From positions 1 through 42,727 of IMG/VR virus record IMGVR_UViG_3300036803_000057: a stretch of DNA of 42,727 bases. One strand, 5' to 3'. A model generated the notes under the pieces. It was given only the letters and a program-made list of their open reading frames with translations. It was not told where the DNA came from and did not search any database. Source of the DNA: a virus (lineage: Duplodnaviria; Caudoviricetes). The position numbers and the translations under genes are program-made. Within the stretch, counting starts at the first letter, position 1. Each line of letters begins with the position of its first letter. This document shows, piece after piece, positions 1 through 7,482 of the stretch.

Positions 1-94
1 TAGCAATAACATTTTTGGTTGCACAAGTCAAACGATACCCCGCCCCCACCCTTGCATTTGTTTTAGGGAACCCTTTGCAGAATTGTTTACCGTT

Positions 95-250
95 GGTTTG
101 CGGAGGCTTTGGAGGCGGTTTGCAGTGGCTTTTGGGAGCGGGTTTGCGGAGGCTTTGGAGGCGGTTTTACAGTGGCTTTGGGTGCGGCTCTCACTCCGGC
201 ACCCTCTCTCACTCCTGGGGTTTGCGGAGGCTTTGGAGGCGGTTTACAGT
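95..250. repeat. Three copies of GGTTTGCGGAGGCTTTGGAGGCGGTTT
   Basis: Copies start at 95, 141 and 219, each followed by a (T)RCAGT tail; internal ~11-bp sub-period. Confidence 0.95.
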
Positions 251-279
251 TGCCTTGTCACGGCATCCCAATTTATTTG

Positions 280-309
280 TTGACACGTCCGGGTGTCATC
301 CCCTATATT
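280..309 (+). promoter_or_regulatory. Sigma70-type promoter of the early operon
   Basis: TTGACA (280-285), 18 nt, TATATT (304-309). Confidence 0.75.
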
Positions 310-331
310 CAATCCTGCAAGTCCGCCGTAG

Positions 332-351
332 CGGGTGCAAACCCTCAAACC
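332..351 (+). promoter_or_regulatory. Leader motif copy 1 CGGGTGCAAACCCTCAAACC
   Basis: Lies between promoter and AGGAG RBS (361-365); identical at 1223 and 2546. Confidence 0.85.
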
Positions 352-372
352 ATAGCTATCAGGAGTAAGCCA

Positions 373-549
373 ATGAAGCGTATCCACCAAAGAATCCCAC
401 TGACTCTTCTCTGCGAGTATCGCGGTTGGGCCATAGAGCGCAACTCGCACGGCACCATTATTGCCAGCAAGTCCGACCTTTCGTTCCCCATGATTGTCAC
501 TTCAGTTGAAACCGCCAAAATTGCCATAGACGCAAGGGAGAGTAACTAG
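373..549 (+). CDS. Small hypothetical protein (58 aa)
   Basis: AGGAG RBS, ATG 373 in frame with ORF 109..549; MKRIHQRIPL... Confidence 0.7.
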   Translation: MKRIHQRIPLTLLCEYRGWAIERNSHGTIIASKSDLSFPMIVTSVETAKIAIDARESN

Positions 550-552
550 ACA

Positions 553-1170
553 ATGAATATACTTACAGAAACCTACCGTCCGCGCAAAATTGCGGACTTC
601 ATTGGAATAGACAAACCCAAGACTGCAATGCTTCGCCTAGTCGCATCCCCCAAGTCATCCGCATACTTATTCGTTGGCAAGTCCGGCATAGGCAAAACTG
701 CTCTAGCTCTAGCTCTAGCTGAGGAGATAGGTGGGGAGTTGCATCATATCCCATCACAAAAATGCACAGTTGACGCCGTTGAGATCGTCCGCAGAAAATG
801 CCAGTACCTCCCCATGTTGGGGAAAAATTTCCACGTCATCCTGGTAGACGAAGCTGACAGTATGAGCAACGCGGCACAAGATGCTTGGCTTTCACTGCTA
901 GACTCTACAGGTCGCCCCCAAGATACCATCATAATCTTCACTTGCAATGATGCCGGTAGCCTAAAAGATCGTTTCAAATCCCGTTGCTTTATTCAGGATT
1001 TTACGACACAAGGGTTAGCACCCAAAATTGCAAAGTTGCTCTCTGACATCTGGCTAGCAGAGGCACCCGCAAACGCACCCGCACCAAACTTTCTTCGCAT
1101 TGCCAACGATGCACATAACAACGTGCGGACGGCCCTTATGGAATTGGAGAATAGCTTACCCCTTGCATAA
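553..1170 (+). CDS. Clamp-loader-clade AAA+ ATPase (RFC/DnaX-like), short form
   Basis: N-terminal YRP...DFIG, Walker A GKSGIGKT, Walker B ILVDEAD, SRC motif (FKSRC), lid NNVRTAL. Confidence 0.85.
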   Translation: MNILTETYRPRKIADFIGIDKPKTAMLRLVASPKSSAYLFVGKSGIGKTALALALAEEIGGELHHIPSQKCTVDAVEIVRRKCQYLPMLGKNFHVILVDEADSMSNAAQDAWLSLLDSTGRPQDTIIIFTCNDAGSLKDRFKSRCFIQDFTTQGLAPKIAKLLSDIWLAEAPANAPAPNFLRIANDAHNNVRTALMELENSLPLA

Positions 1171-1192
1171 CCGCTAGGGGTTCGTGTATATT
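1163..1192 (+). promoter_or_regulatory. Sigma70-type promoter
   Basis: TTGCAT-18 nt-TATATT, followed by CAA as in the first promoter. Confidence 0.6.
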
Positions 1193-1222
1193 CAAAGTGT
1201 AGTTACTTCAGTCCAACGTCAA

Positions 1223-1242
1223 CGGGTGCAAACCCTCAAACC
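1223..1242 (+). promoter_or_regulatory. Leader motif copy 2
   Basis: CGGGTGCAAACCCTCAAACC upstream of AGGAG (1256-1260). Confidence 0.85.
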
Positions 1243-1268
1243 TAGATTCACCAACAGGAGATTTATCA

Positions 1269-2153
1269 ATGCGCTTCAATCAACAGTTTTCTAACGTTCT
1301 AGACACTAACCAACTCCGTGCACTCGTTCCCTCCGCGTATGCAACTCAACCGCATGAATCCCGGTCTTCTCGCTATACCTATATCCCAACGTCTGAAGTT
1401 ATAGATGGTCTCATCGCGGAGGGGTTCGCGCCATTCAAGGCGGTACAGTCTCGTTCTCGCATTGAAGGTAAGAGCGAATTTACTAAACACATGATTCGAT
1501 TCCGGCACCCGGACGCGATGAGCAACGTTAGCGCATCTGGCAATGTGCCGGAGGTTGTCTTAATCAACTCTCACGACGGCACATCCGCATACAAACTTCT
1601 GTCTGGAATCTTTCGGATGATATGCACAAACGGAATGATTGTTTGCGAAAAAAATATGGGGGAGATCGCCATACATCACAAAGGCAACATTGTAGACCGT
1701 GTTATTGAAGGGTCTTTCGAGATCGTAGGTCAGTCTCACAAGGCACTGGAGACAATCGACACCTGGAGCAACCTTCAACTAACGGCGGGTGAGCAGGTGG
1801 CATTTGCAGAAGCGGCCCATTCTCTGCGGTTCGCAGATGCGGACGGGAAAATTGATACTCCCATCACGGCGTCTCAGTTGCTCACTCCACGTAGACGCGA
1901 AGATCGCGCGGAGAATGGTGGGCACGGTTGGAGCCGTCCGGCACCCGACTTGTACCGGACTATGAATGTTGTACAAGAAAATGTCATACGCGGAGGACTC
2001 TCCGCGCGTTCTGCGGGTGACGGTCGGACGCGGGGCCGCATGGTAACTACACGGGAGGTACGCGGTATAGATCAAGATGTGCGGCTCAACCGTGCACTCT
2101 GGCAACTCGCGGAGAGAATGGCAGAACTGAAGGGAGAGCGCGTAGCAGCATAA
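1269..2153 (+). CDS. DUF932/DUF945 family protein (F-plasmid YubP-like)
   Basis: HESRSSRYTYIPT, FTKHMIRFR, LINSHDGTSAY, GIFRMICTNG, NVVQENVIRGG, LNRALW motifs. Confidence 0.9.
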   Translation: MRFNQQFSNVLDTNQLRALVPSAYATQPHESRSSRYTYIPTSEVIDGLIAEGFAPFKAVQSRSRIEGKSEFTKHMIRFRHPDAMSNVSASGNVPEVVLINSHDGTSAYKLLSGIFRMICTNGMIVCEKNMGEIAIHHKGNIVDRVIEGSFEIVGQSHKALETIDTWSNLQLTAGEQVAFAEAAHSLRFADADGKIDTPITASQLLTPRRREDRAENGGHGWSRPAPDLYRTMNVVQENVIRGGLSARSAGDGRTRGRMVTTREVRGIDQDVRLNRALWQLAERMAELKGERVAA

Positions 2154-2160
2154 GCAGATG

Positions 2161-2184
2161 ACACGGGGAGGCAACTCCCCGTGT
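2161..2184 (+). other. Perfect 10-bp hairpin with GCAA loop
   Basis: ACACGGGGAG-GCAA-CTCCCCGTGT just after the DUF932 stop; no U-tract. Confidence 0.7.
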
Positions 2185-2238
2185 AATGCGCTGGCAGTCC
2201 GTTCAAAGTCGGACGCATTAGAAAATGAGGGTTTTCCG

Positions 2239-2517
2239 ATGACATTTGACGATCTTAATTTAGATAGCCTGGAAGCTGCGGAGTTGATGGCATTTTGGGG
2301 TCGCACTAACTCCGTCCGTCCGCTGTCGTTTGCGCGTGAACTGTTCCCGTCTAAGCCTGCCGGATACGTCGCGGCAACTAAAAGCCTGGGCCATTATGCC
2401 AGCAATAAAGCAACCGCGATAGATTGCAGGCTTCGCGGTGACATTCAAGCGGCTTTAATGTATGAGGAGATAGCAGATCGCATCTATAGCGAGTTGCCGG
2501 AGTTTTCCCTTTGGTAG
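2239..2517 (+). CDS. Hypothetical protein
   Basis: GAGG RBS, ATG 2239 in ORF 2158..2517. Confidence 0.7.
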   Translation: MTFDDLNLDSLEAAELMAFWGRTNSVRPLSFARELFPSKPAGYVAATKSLGHYASNKATAIDCRLRGDIQAALMYEEIADRIYSELPEFSLW

Positions 2518-2545
2518 TTTTGTAGTACAATCATTTTATAGTTAC

Positions 2546-2565
2546 CGGGTGCAAACCCTCAAACC
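2546..2565 (+). promoter_or_regulatory. Leader motif copy 3
   Basis: Exact motif, preceded by TACAAT (2526-2531) and followed by AGGAG. Confidence 0.85.
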
Positions 2566-2583
2566 TAAATAGGAGTTAAGATC

Positions 2584-3003
2584 ATGGCAAAATTTTCAGT
2601 TGAAGTTACCGTCACGGCGTCCGTGACATACACGGTTGAAGTTGAGGAGTCCAGCGAGTCCCGCGCGGAGGATGTTGCTACGTCTCTATGGCGCTCTCAG
2701 TTGCCGGAGGACTTCAGGGTCGCCAAAGGTTACATCACGGATTGGGATGCGGAGGTTAAGCAACTGTCTTGGGCGTGTGAGTCCTGCGAGATCGCAATAT
2801 CTGAGAATGACTCGCGGCGGTTTGATGCAATGTGCCGGGAGTGTTTCGAGATCGCGCGACATGACGATTTGATAGCTGAGGCACGTCGGAATCACACTCC
2901 TCATTCCTTGATTAAGACGCAAAGGTTTTGGCAGAAAGTAGCGTCGGCGGGTGGGGTAGCTGCGTGGGGGTATGCCTACGCAAACGGAGAGTTCAACCGC
3001 TAG
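2584..3003 (+). CDS. Hypothetical protein with acidic N-terminus and CxxC pairs
   Basis: RBS AGGAG; CESC...CREC. Confidence 0.75.
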   Translation: MAKFSVEVTVTASVTYTVEVEESSESRAEDVATSLWRSQLPEDFRVAKGYITDWDAEVKQLSWACESCEIAISENDSRRFDAMCRECFEIARHDDLIAEARRNHTPHSLIKTQRFWQKVASAGGVAAWGYAYANGEFNR

Positions 3004-3369
3004 ATCGTCACGGGTGCAAACCCTCAACCGCGCGGACGGCGCGTTATCCGTCCAAAGGGGATTCAATGGCGAAGGTGATTAACAATAATTGCAACGGCGA
3101 TGGGCCGCATCGCGGTTCTCAGGTTCGCTTGCTTCCTACGGGCGGCGGCGGTAACGCTATCCTTTGCCGCGCGTGCTTTCGGCGGGAGATGGCTTACCGC
3201 TATGATCGCAACCGCGAAGTTAAGGGTTCGTTTGATATTCCAGTTTGGGACTCTCTCAAAGTCTATGGGGATGCGGACGAAGTTTAGAACGGCTTGCGGA
3301 GATCGTCACGGGTGCAAAACCCTCAAACCGCGCGGACGGCGCGTTATCCGTCCAAAGGGGATTCAATGG
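3002..3369 (+). repeat. ~68-bp direct repeat (3002-3069; 3300-3369) holding leader motif copies 4 and 5, hairpin, RBS and ATG
   Basis: AGATCGTCACGGGTGCAAA(A)CCCTCAA(A)CCGCGCGGACGGCGCGTTATCCGTCCAAAGGGGATTCAATGG twice. Confidence 0.95.
3066..3287 (+). CDS. Hypothetical protein (73 aa, Cys/His)
   Basis: ATG and RBS supplied by repeat copy 1. Confidence 0.75.
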   Translation: MAKVINNNCNGDGPHRGSQVRLLPTGGGGNAILCRACFRREMAYRYDRNREVKGSFDIPVWDSLKVYGDADEV

Positions 3370-3980
3370 GAAGCAAGTTTGTGGCGGCTGCGCGTGCGGA
3401 ACGGCTGAGGGTCGTAGCGCGTGAGATCGCGGCGGCATGGGGTTCGGAGTGGACGGCGCGGGAGGATGCTGACGAAGAGACGCGGCGGGATGGTGGTTTC
3501 ATGTATCTGTGTCACGTCTCAGATAGTCGGCGCATCGTTCTCACAGTTAATACCTGGGATGCTAAGCCGAAGATGGACGTTCACGGCACTTATGTAACCG
3601 GGCCGGACTATCTCGGTTTGCATGGCTGCAAGTCGAATCAGCGGCCAAGTATCAGCGTCTCTTTAGATCGTCCTGGGGCCGCTCTCGCAAAGGATATTGC
3701 GCGGCGGTTCCTGCCGGAGTACACGGCGCTGTTCACTGACATCTGCGCCATAGTCATCGCGCATCAAGAGGCTTGGGATGCTAAGGCGGGGGCGGCGGGG
3801 CGGCTCGGCACTCTCGCGGGTGCGAAGCGGATAGACGCGGCGGAGTGGCGTGGGTGCGCGGTTGAGGGTCGCGTGTTCAATACGGGGCGTGTGGTTGTCG
3901 ATCTCCGCGCTGAGAACCTAACAGAGTCTCAGGCGGCGGCGGTGATTCAGTTGGTCAATTCATTCAAGGGAGGTAGTTGA
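3366..3980 (+). CDS. Hypothetical protein
   Basis: ATG and RBS supplied by repeat copy 2. Confidence 0.75.
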   Translation: MGSKFVAAARAERLRVVAREIAAAWGSEWTAREDADEETRRDGGFMYLCHVSDSRRIVLTVNTWDAKPKMDVHGTYVTGPDYLGLHGCKSNQRPSISVSLDRPGAALAKDIARRFLPEYTALFTDICAIVIAHQEAWDAKAGAAGRLGTLAGAKRIDAAEWRGCAVEGRVFNTGRVVVDLRAENLTESQAAAVIQLVNSFKGGS

Positions 3981-4288
3981 TGGACTATCGGGAGGGGATG
4001 CAGGTTCTTCGGGCCGCGCGTCTCCATGCTCCTTCTATCGTGCGGTACGCGGGGAAGTATCACGTCTTCAGTCGGACGCGGTTGATTTCGTCCGGCCCCA
4101 GCATTTTTGAAGCTCTCGACAGTGGGGGTTTGCTGGTGCCGGAGAACTCTCCGACTAACATCTTCGCGGCTCACGATTACGAGATAAGACAGGGGCCGGA
4201 GCGGGTCGCCCTGGCGTTCTCTAAAACAATGGCTCAACGCATCGCAAACGCGTTAAACGAATACATACCGGGAGATCGTAAAAAATGA
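3980..4288 (+). CDS. Hypothetical protein
   Basis: GGAGG RBS, TGATG coupling. Confidence 0.7.
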   Translation: MDYREGMQVLRAARLHAPSIVRYAGKYHVFSRTRLISSGPSIFEALDSGGLLVPENSPTNIFAAHDYEIRQGPERVALAFSKTMAQRIANALNEYIPGDRKK

Positions 4289-4476
4289 AGTTTCAACTTG
4301 AGATTCGATTGGGAAATGACGCGTCTAAGACTGCTGCGGATGTGGCTGGGATGCTGGCTGCATTGTCCACTAAATTGCTCGGCATCGGGGATATGGAGTT
4401 GGCTGCTAGGCATGGGGGCAATCTCTTCGACCTCAACGGCAACCGGGTTGGCGAGTGGAAGGTTGGTGGACGGTGA
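4285..4476 (+). CDS. Small phage hypothetical protein
   Basis: ATGA overlap; DLNGNRVGEW C-terminal motif. Confidence 0.75.
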   Translation: MKFQLEIRLGNDASKTAADVAGMLAALSTKLLGIGDMELAARHGGNLFDLNGNRVGEWKVGGR

Positions 4477-4724
4477 GTAGTCCAGTTGTTCTACCTGTCG
4501 GCAAGCGTCCGCATTGCCTTTACTGTGACAAGGAACTTCGGCCTAACTATGATCGTGCTTCTATGCCGTGGCGTCTTTCAGATGAGGAGCGGAGGGAATG
4601 GCGCAAAGCTAATCCGCGCGTCTTCGATGGCACTTACGGACATTACAACGATAACTTTTTTTGCGGTCTAACCTGCGGTCATCAGTGGGCCGTCAAGATT
4701 GCGCGTCAAGGGGTGCGGTTGTGA
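4473..4724 (+). CDS. Zn-binding hypothetical protein
   Basis: GTGA overlap; CLYC...FCGLTC. Confidence 0.7.
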   Translation: MSSPVVLPVGKRPHCLYCDKELRPNYDRASMPWRLSDEERREWRKANPRVFDGTYGHYNDNFFCGLTCGHQWAVKIARQGVRL

Positions 4725-4972
4725 GCGCGAACCCGGAGATCGGGCGCGAACTCTCGGCGGCGGAACTGGTCGTCAAGACGGTTGTGGTTATCTCGCGTGA
4801 GGGTCGCGCGGGGGCCGCTACTGCTTGGGTGCGTGAGATCGGACTGGATTTTGTGGCCTTCTTCTTGGGCGTTGGCAACATCACTCTCCTCCTCTACATT
4901 CGGGAGGATGGCAAGCTGGTTGACGATACGGGCGGGGTGATTCAGGTCTTTGAATATCTCGGCGCGGTCTGA
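4721..4972 (+). CDS. Hypothetical protein
   Basis: GTGA overlap, last gene before terminator. Confidence 0.6.
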   Translation: MSANPEIGRELSAAELVVKTVVVISREGRAGAATAWVREIGLDFVAFFLGVGNITLLLYIREDGKLVDDTGGVIQVFEYLGAV

Positions 4973-4983
4973 CAACTCAACTT

Positions 4984-5031
4984 AGAACCCCGTGGGGCGG
5001 CGTGCCAACGCTCTCCACGGGGTTTTCTTTT
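4984..5031 (+). terminator. Intrinsic terminator closing the early operon
   Basis: AACCCCGTGG...CCACGGGGTT stem then TTCTTTT, at the convergence of the two operons. Confidence 0.8.
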
Positions 5032-5089
5032 GCCGGAGGATGTCTAGGGCGTCCGGGGTTCTGGCGGCTCGTCCTGGGGCATTTTCAGC

Positions 5090-5326
5090 TTATATCCAGA
5101 CCTCTACAATCTGCGGCTCGTCGTCCGTGTCTCTCTCTAGTCGGACGCAATGCGGCGGCACCTGGGCGCGAACTCCGTCCAGCGTATCGGCTAAGTGGAA
5201 CCAATCGGCGTCGGCGGTCGGCACTCCCGGCACCACTCCGATAAGCCAACGGCGCACCACGAATTTATCCGGGTAGTCGCGGGGCCGCTCGTAAATCACG
5301 AACATCTCCATCACGGTTGCGCTCAT
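5090..5326 (-). CDS. Hypothetical protein
   Basis: ATGA overlap; IYERPRDYPDKFVVRRW...IVEVW. Confidence 0.75.
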   Translation of the reverse strand: MSATVMEMFVIYERPRDYPDKFVVRRWLIGVVPGVPTADADWFHLADTLDGVRAQVPPHCVRLERDTDDEPQIVEVWI

Positions 5327-5511
5327 GGCTGCGGCTCCTGGCAACAGGAGTGCTCGGCACAGAATCCCTCCATGTAGAGGCAGACGGCGGTGAGTCTCAT
5401 AGGGCACTTCAGGCGCAATACTTCTCCGCATCGCGTACAGCGTCCAACCTGTCCGGCTCCATCAAATTCTGCGACTACCCACGGGGTTTCATTCCGGTAC
5501 TGGTTCATCAT
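5323..5511 (-). CDS. Small Zn-binding protein
   Basis: CTRC...HSCC; coupled on both sides. Confidence 0.65.
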   Translation of the reverse strand: MMNQYRNETPWVVAEFDGAGQVGRCTRCGEVLRLKCPMRLTAVCLYMEGFCAEHSCCQEPQP

Positions 5512-6191
5512 TTCGGCAATAATCTCCGGGCCTTCGTGATCTGGTTCTCGACTAGCAACATCGCTTCGGGGCCGTCGTTCTTCTGCGCTACCTCACGCAA
5601 GATCGGTAGGCCGCTCTCAAACGATTCCAGTGCTTCGGCACGGGTCGCGGCTCGGCCTTGCTTGTACCACTCCACGCGGAACGGTCGGCCAAGTTGAAAC
5701 AACACTCCATCTCCGGCTCCCTTCTTACCCTTCACGTCCATTAGCCGATGGTGGCGGGAGTACCAAAGCAAAGTGACTCCGGGGTTGCGCTCCACCATCA
5801 CCCCTGGGGCGGGTTTCTTCTGCTCCATTCCCCCTTCCCGGCGTGTCATGTGCGGCTTTGACAGGAACGGGCAATTACGCGCGGCGTACTGGGCACATTC
5901 GCGGTGGCTGGGCGGCTCTGAGGAGATGCGGTTGACGGCGCACATGGGGCCGATGACGAAGACCTCTTCGCCAAACAAGGGCGTCCCGCATGTCCAGCAG
6001 AGATGATGGTTGATGGCGCGGAGGAACTTTCGCATGTCCATCGCGCGGAACTCCGGCTCTCCGTTTACCCAATCCACAAAGTAAGGCACGGGGTAGCCGC
6101 GTTTGTCGATGGGGAGGTTCTGCATGAACCTGGGCGGGGGGCCGATGTCGGGCCGGAGTTTGAACGGGCAAGCTGGGGCGGTGGCGGTCAT
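5508..6191 (-). CDS. Cys/His-rich hypothetical phage protein
   Basis: GYPVPYFV, CWTCG, EPPSHRECA, CPFL motifs; ATGA overlap. Confidence 0.8.
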   Translation of the reverse strand: MTATAPACPFKLRPDIGPPPRFMQNLPIDKRGYPVPYFVDWVNGEPEFRAMDMRKFLRAINHHLCWTCGTPLFGEEVFVIGPMCAVNRISSEPPSHRECAQYAARNCPFLSKPHMTRREGGMEQKKPAPGVMVERNPGVTLLWYSRHHRLMDVKGKKGAGDGVLFQLGRPFRVEWYKQGRAATRAEALESFESGLPILREVAQKNDGPEAMLLVENQITKARRLLPK

Positions 6192-6469
6192 TTGATTGCA
6201 TCCTTCAGGGCGTCCGCAATCTCCGGGGAAAGAGCGCGTAAATTTTCGATGGCTTGGCGGTAGGCTGCACGGGCACGGCGAAGCTTCAGGTAACTCGCTA
6301 CCATGCTCCACACTGACAGGGCAACTCCTGCGGTTAGCAGATACCTCCACCCGTTCGGCCATCTCTGGTCGGATAGATGGGTGAGGCTAACCCCCATGAT
6401 GAACGTCGCGGGGCCAAAAGCCATCAGTTGATAGAGGTCGTCTTTTAGATGAACCCGTTGCCAGTGCAT
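6188..6469 (-). CDS. Small membrane protein (start uncertain)
   Basis: Two hydrophobic segments; stop overlaps the next ATG. Confidence 0.55.
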   Translation of the reverse strand: MHWQRVHLKDDLYQLMAFGPATFIMGVSLTHLSDQRWPNGWRYLLTAGVALSVWSMVASYLKLRRARAAYRQAIENLRALSPEIADALKDAIK

Positions 6470-6660
6470 CTCTCGCACATCCGGTTTTTCGTTCGGTTCC
6501 ACCCGCTCCCCTGGCACTCCGCGCAAGCTGTTACCTTCCCCGTTCCTTTGCATTTTTTGCACCCCCTGTTTGGTTTGGCGTCTCTGGTGTGACGTGAGCA
6601 ACTACACTTCCCGGTGTGATTGGGCCGGAGCGCGGCGGCGGCGATGTCGGAGTTGTCCAT
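6445..6660 (-). CDS. DnaJ-type zinc-finger protein
   Basis: CKKCKGTG, CAECQGSG, CERCTGNG repeats. Confidence 0.75.
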   Translation of the reverse strand: MDNSDIAAAALRPNHTGKCSCSRHTRDAKPNRGCKKCKGTGKVTACAECQGSGWNRTKNRMCERCTGNGFI

Positions 6661-6884
6661 CAGTGGAACCCCACAATCCAGCGGCGAACCTCGGCGCGGT
6701 TGTCAATCCATCCGGGTAGCAGCATGAAACCCACTCCAATCTGGTTCCCTGGGTGGTTCTCAAGCTCCGGGTGCTTCCCCATGTCGCTCAACATCGACGT
6801 GAACCCCTGGCGCGTGTCTCCGGCGTCCAGATACTCAAGGGCGCGTTTCTTCGCCCATTCCAGGTGCTCCTCGCGCGTCATCAT
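6660..6884 (-). CDS. Hypothetical phage protein
   Basis: MTREEHLEWAKKRALEYLD...; coupled. Confidence 0.75.
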   Translation of the reverse strand: MMTREEHLEWAKKRALEYLDAGDTRQGFTSMLSDMGKHPELENHPGNQIGVGFMLLPGWIDNRAEVRRWIVGFH

Positions 6885-7225
6885 TCGGCGGCTCCTGGCT
6901 CCGGCGGCACATAGCTCTCCTCGATCTTGCGGAATACGTCGGGGCCGTATCGCTTCAGTAGCAAATCCGGCACGGTGCCGGGGGTGTCCGGCTCCCCGGC
7001 TGCAATCCAGTGGTAGAGCATCCTCACAACCTCCGCGCGGTCGGTGCGTTGGAAGACTCCGGGAAACTGCAATCGCAACCCTTCGAGCGCGGCCATAAAC
7101 AGCATCAATCCGCGCGTGTCCTGGGGGAAGAGTCGGACGATCTCGGTAGCTTTTCCGGCTCCCTCAATGATGAGCGCGTCTAACCGTCGCTTCTCCTCCG
7201 GCGTGATTGGTAGCGGCTCCATCAT
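6881..7225 (-). CDS. Hypothetical protein
   Basis: Coupled ORF with GGAGG RBS. Confidence 0.7.
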   Translation of the reverse strand: MMEPLPITPEEKRRLDALIIEGAGKATEIVRLFPQDTRGLMLFMAALEGLRLQFPGVFQRTDRAEVVRMLYHWIAAGEPDTPGTVPDLLLKRYGPDVFRKIEESYVPPEPGAAE

Positions 7226-7482
7226 TTCCCTCCCAACAAGTGTTTCCCCTCGCGTTCAAACCATGCTTGGCTTTCTTCTTTAGTGCCTGCAAACTCATCG
7301 TTCATCACTCGTGCTCTCAAGGCGTGCAGTCCAAAAATCTGGCAATCACGGATTAGGTCAAGCTGCGGTGTGGCACTGTCTGATTCGTAGTCGTCATACT
7401 GTCCGTCTCTGGCTCGTTCCACCATTACCATCGGGGCATTGGATTCTGCGAGTGCTAGGGTCAGTCTTTCTTTGGTCTTCAC
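7222..7482 (-). CDS. Hypothetical protein
   Basis: GTGA overlap start; RARDGQYDDYES motif. Confidence 0.7.
   Translation of the reverse strand: MKTKERLTLALAESNAPMVMVERARDGQYDDYESDSATPQLDLIRDCQIFGLHALRARVMNDEFAGTKEESQAWFEREGKHLLGGK

Noticed and set aside
1-60. Hairpin telomere (N15-like) or exact terminal repeat
   Set aside because: No long palindrome across the junction, no end-to-end identity, no protelomerase recognised
95-250. CRISPR array
   Set aside because: Only three repeats, spacers very unequal and partly repetitive, no cas genes
15-368. ORFs 15..368 and 83..283, and the 5' part of 109..549
   Set aside because: Translations of the DNA repeats upstream of the promoter; the RBS-supported start is 373
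332-3369. Leader motif as a c-di-GMP-I or cobalamin riboswitch, or a tRNA T-arm
   Set aside because: Only the GCAAACC/GGTGCAA word matches; conservation spans ~20 nt with no further aptamer or cloverleaf elements
332-4972. Integron cassette array
   Set aside because: No IntI or tyrosine recombinase seen, and no attC-type RYYYAAC...GTTRRRY inverted structure
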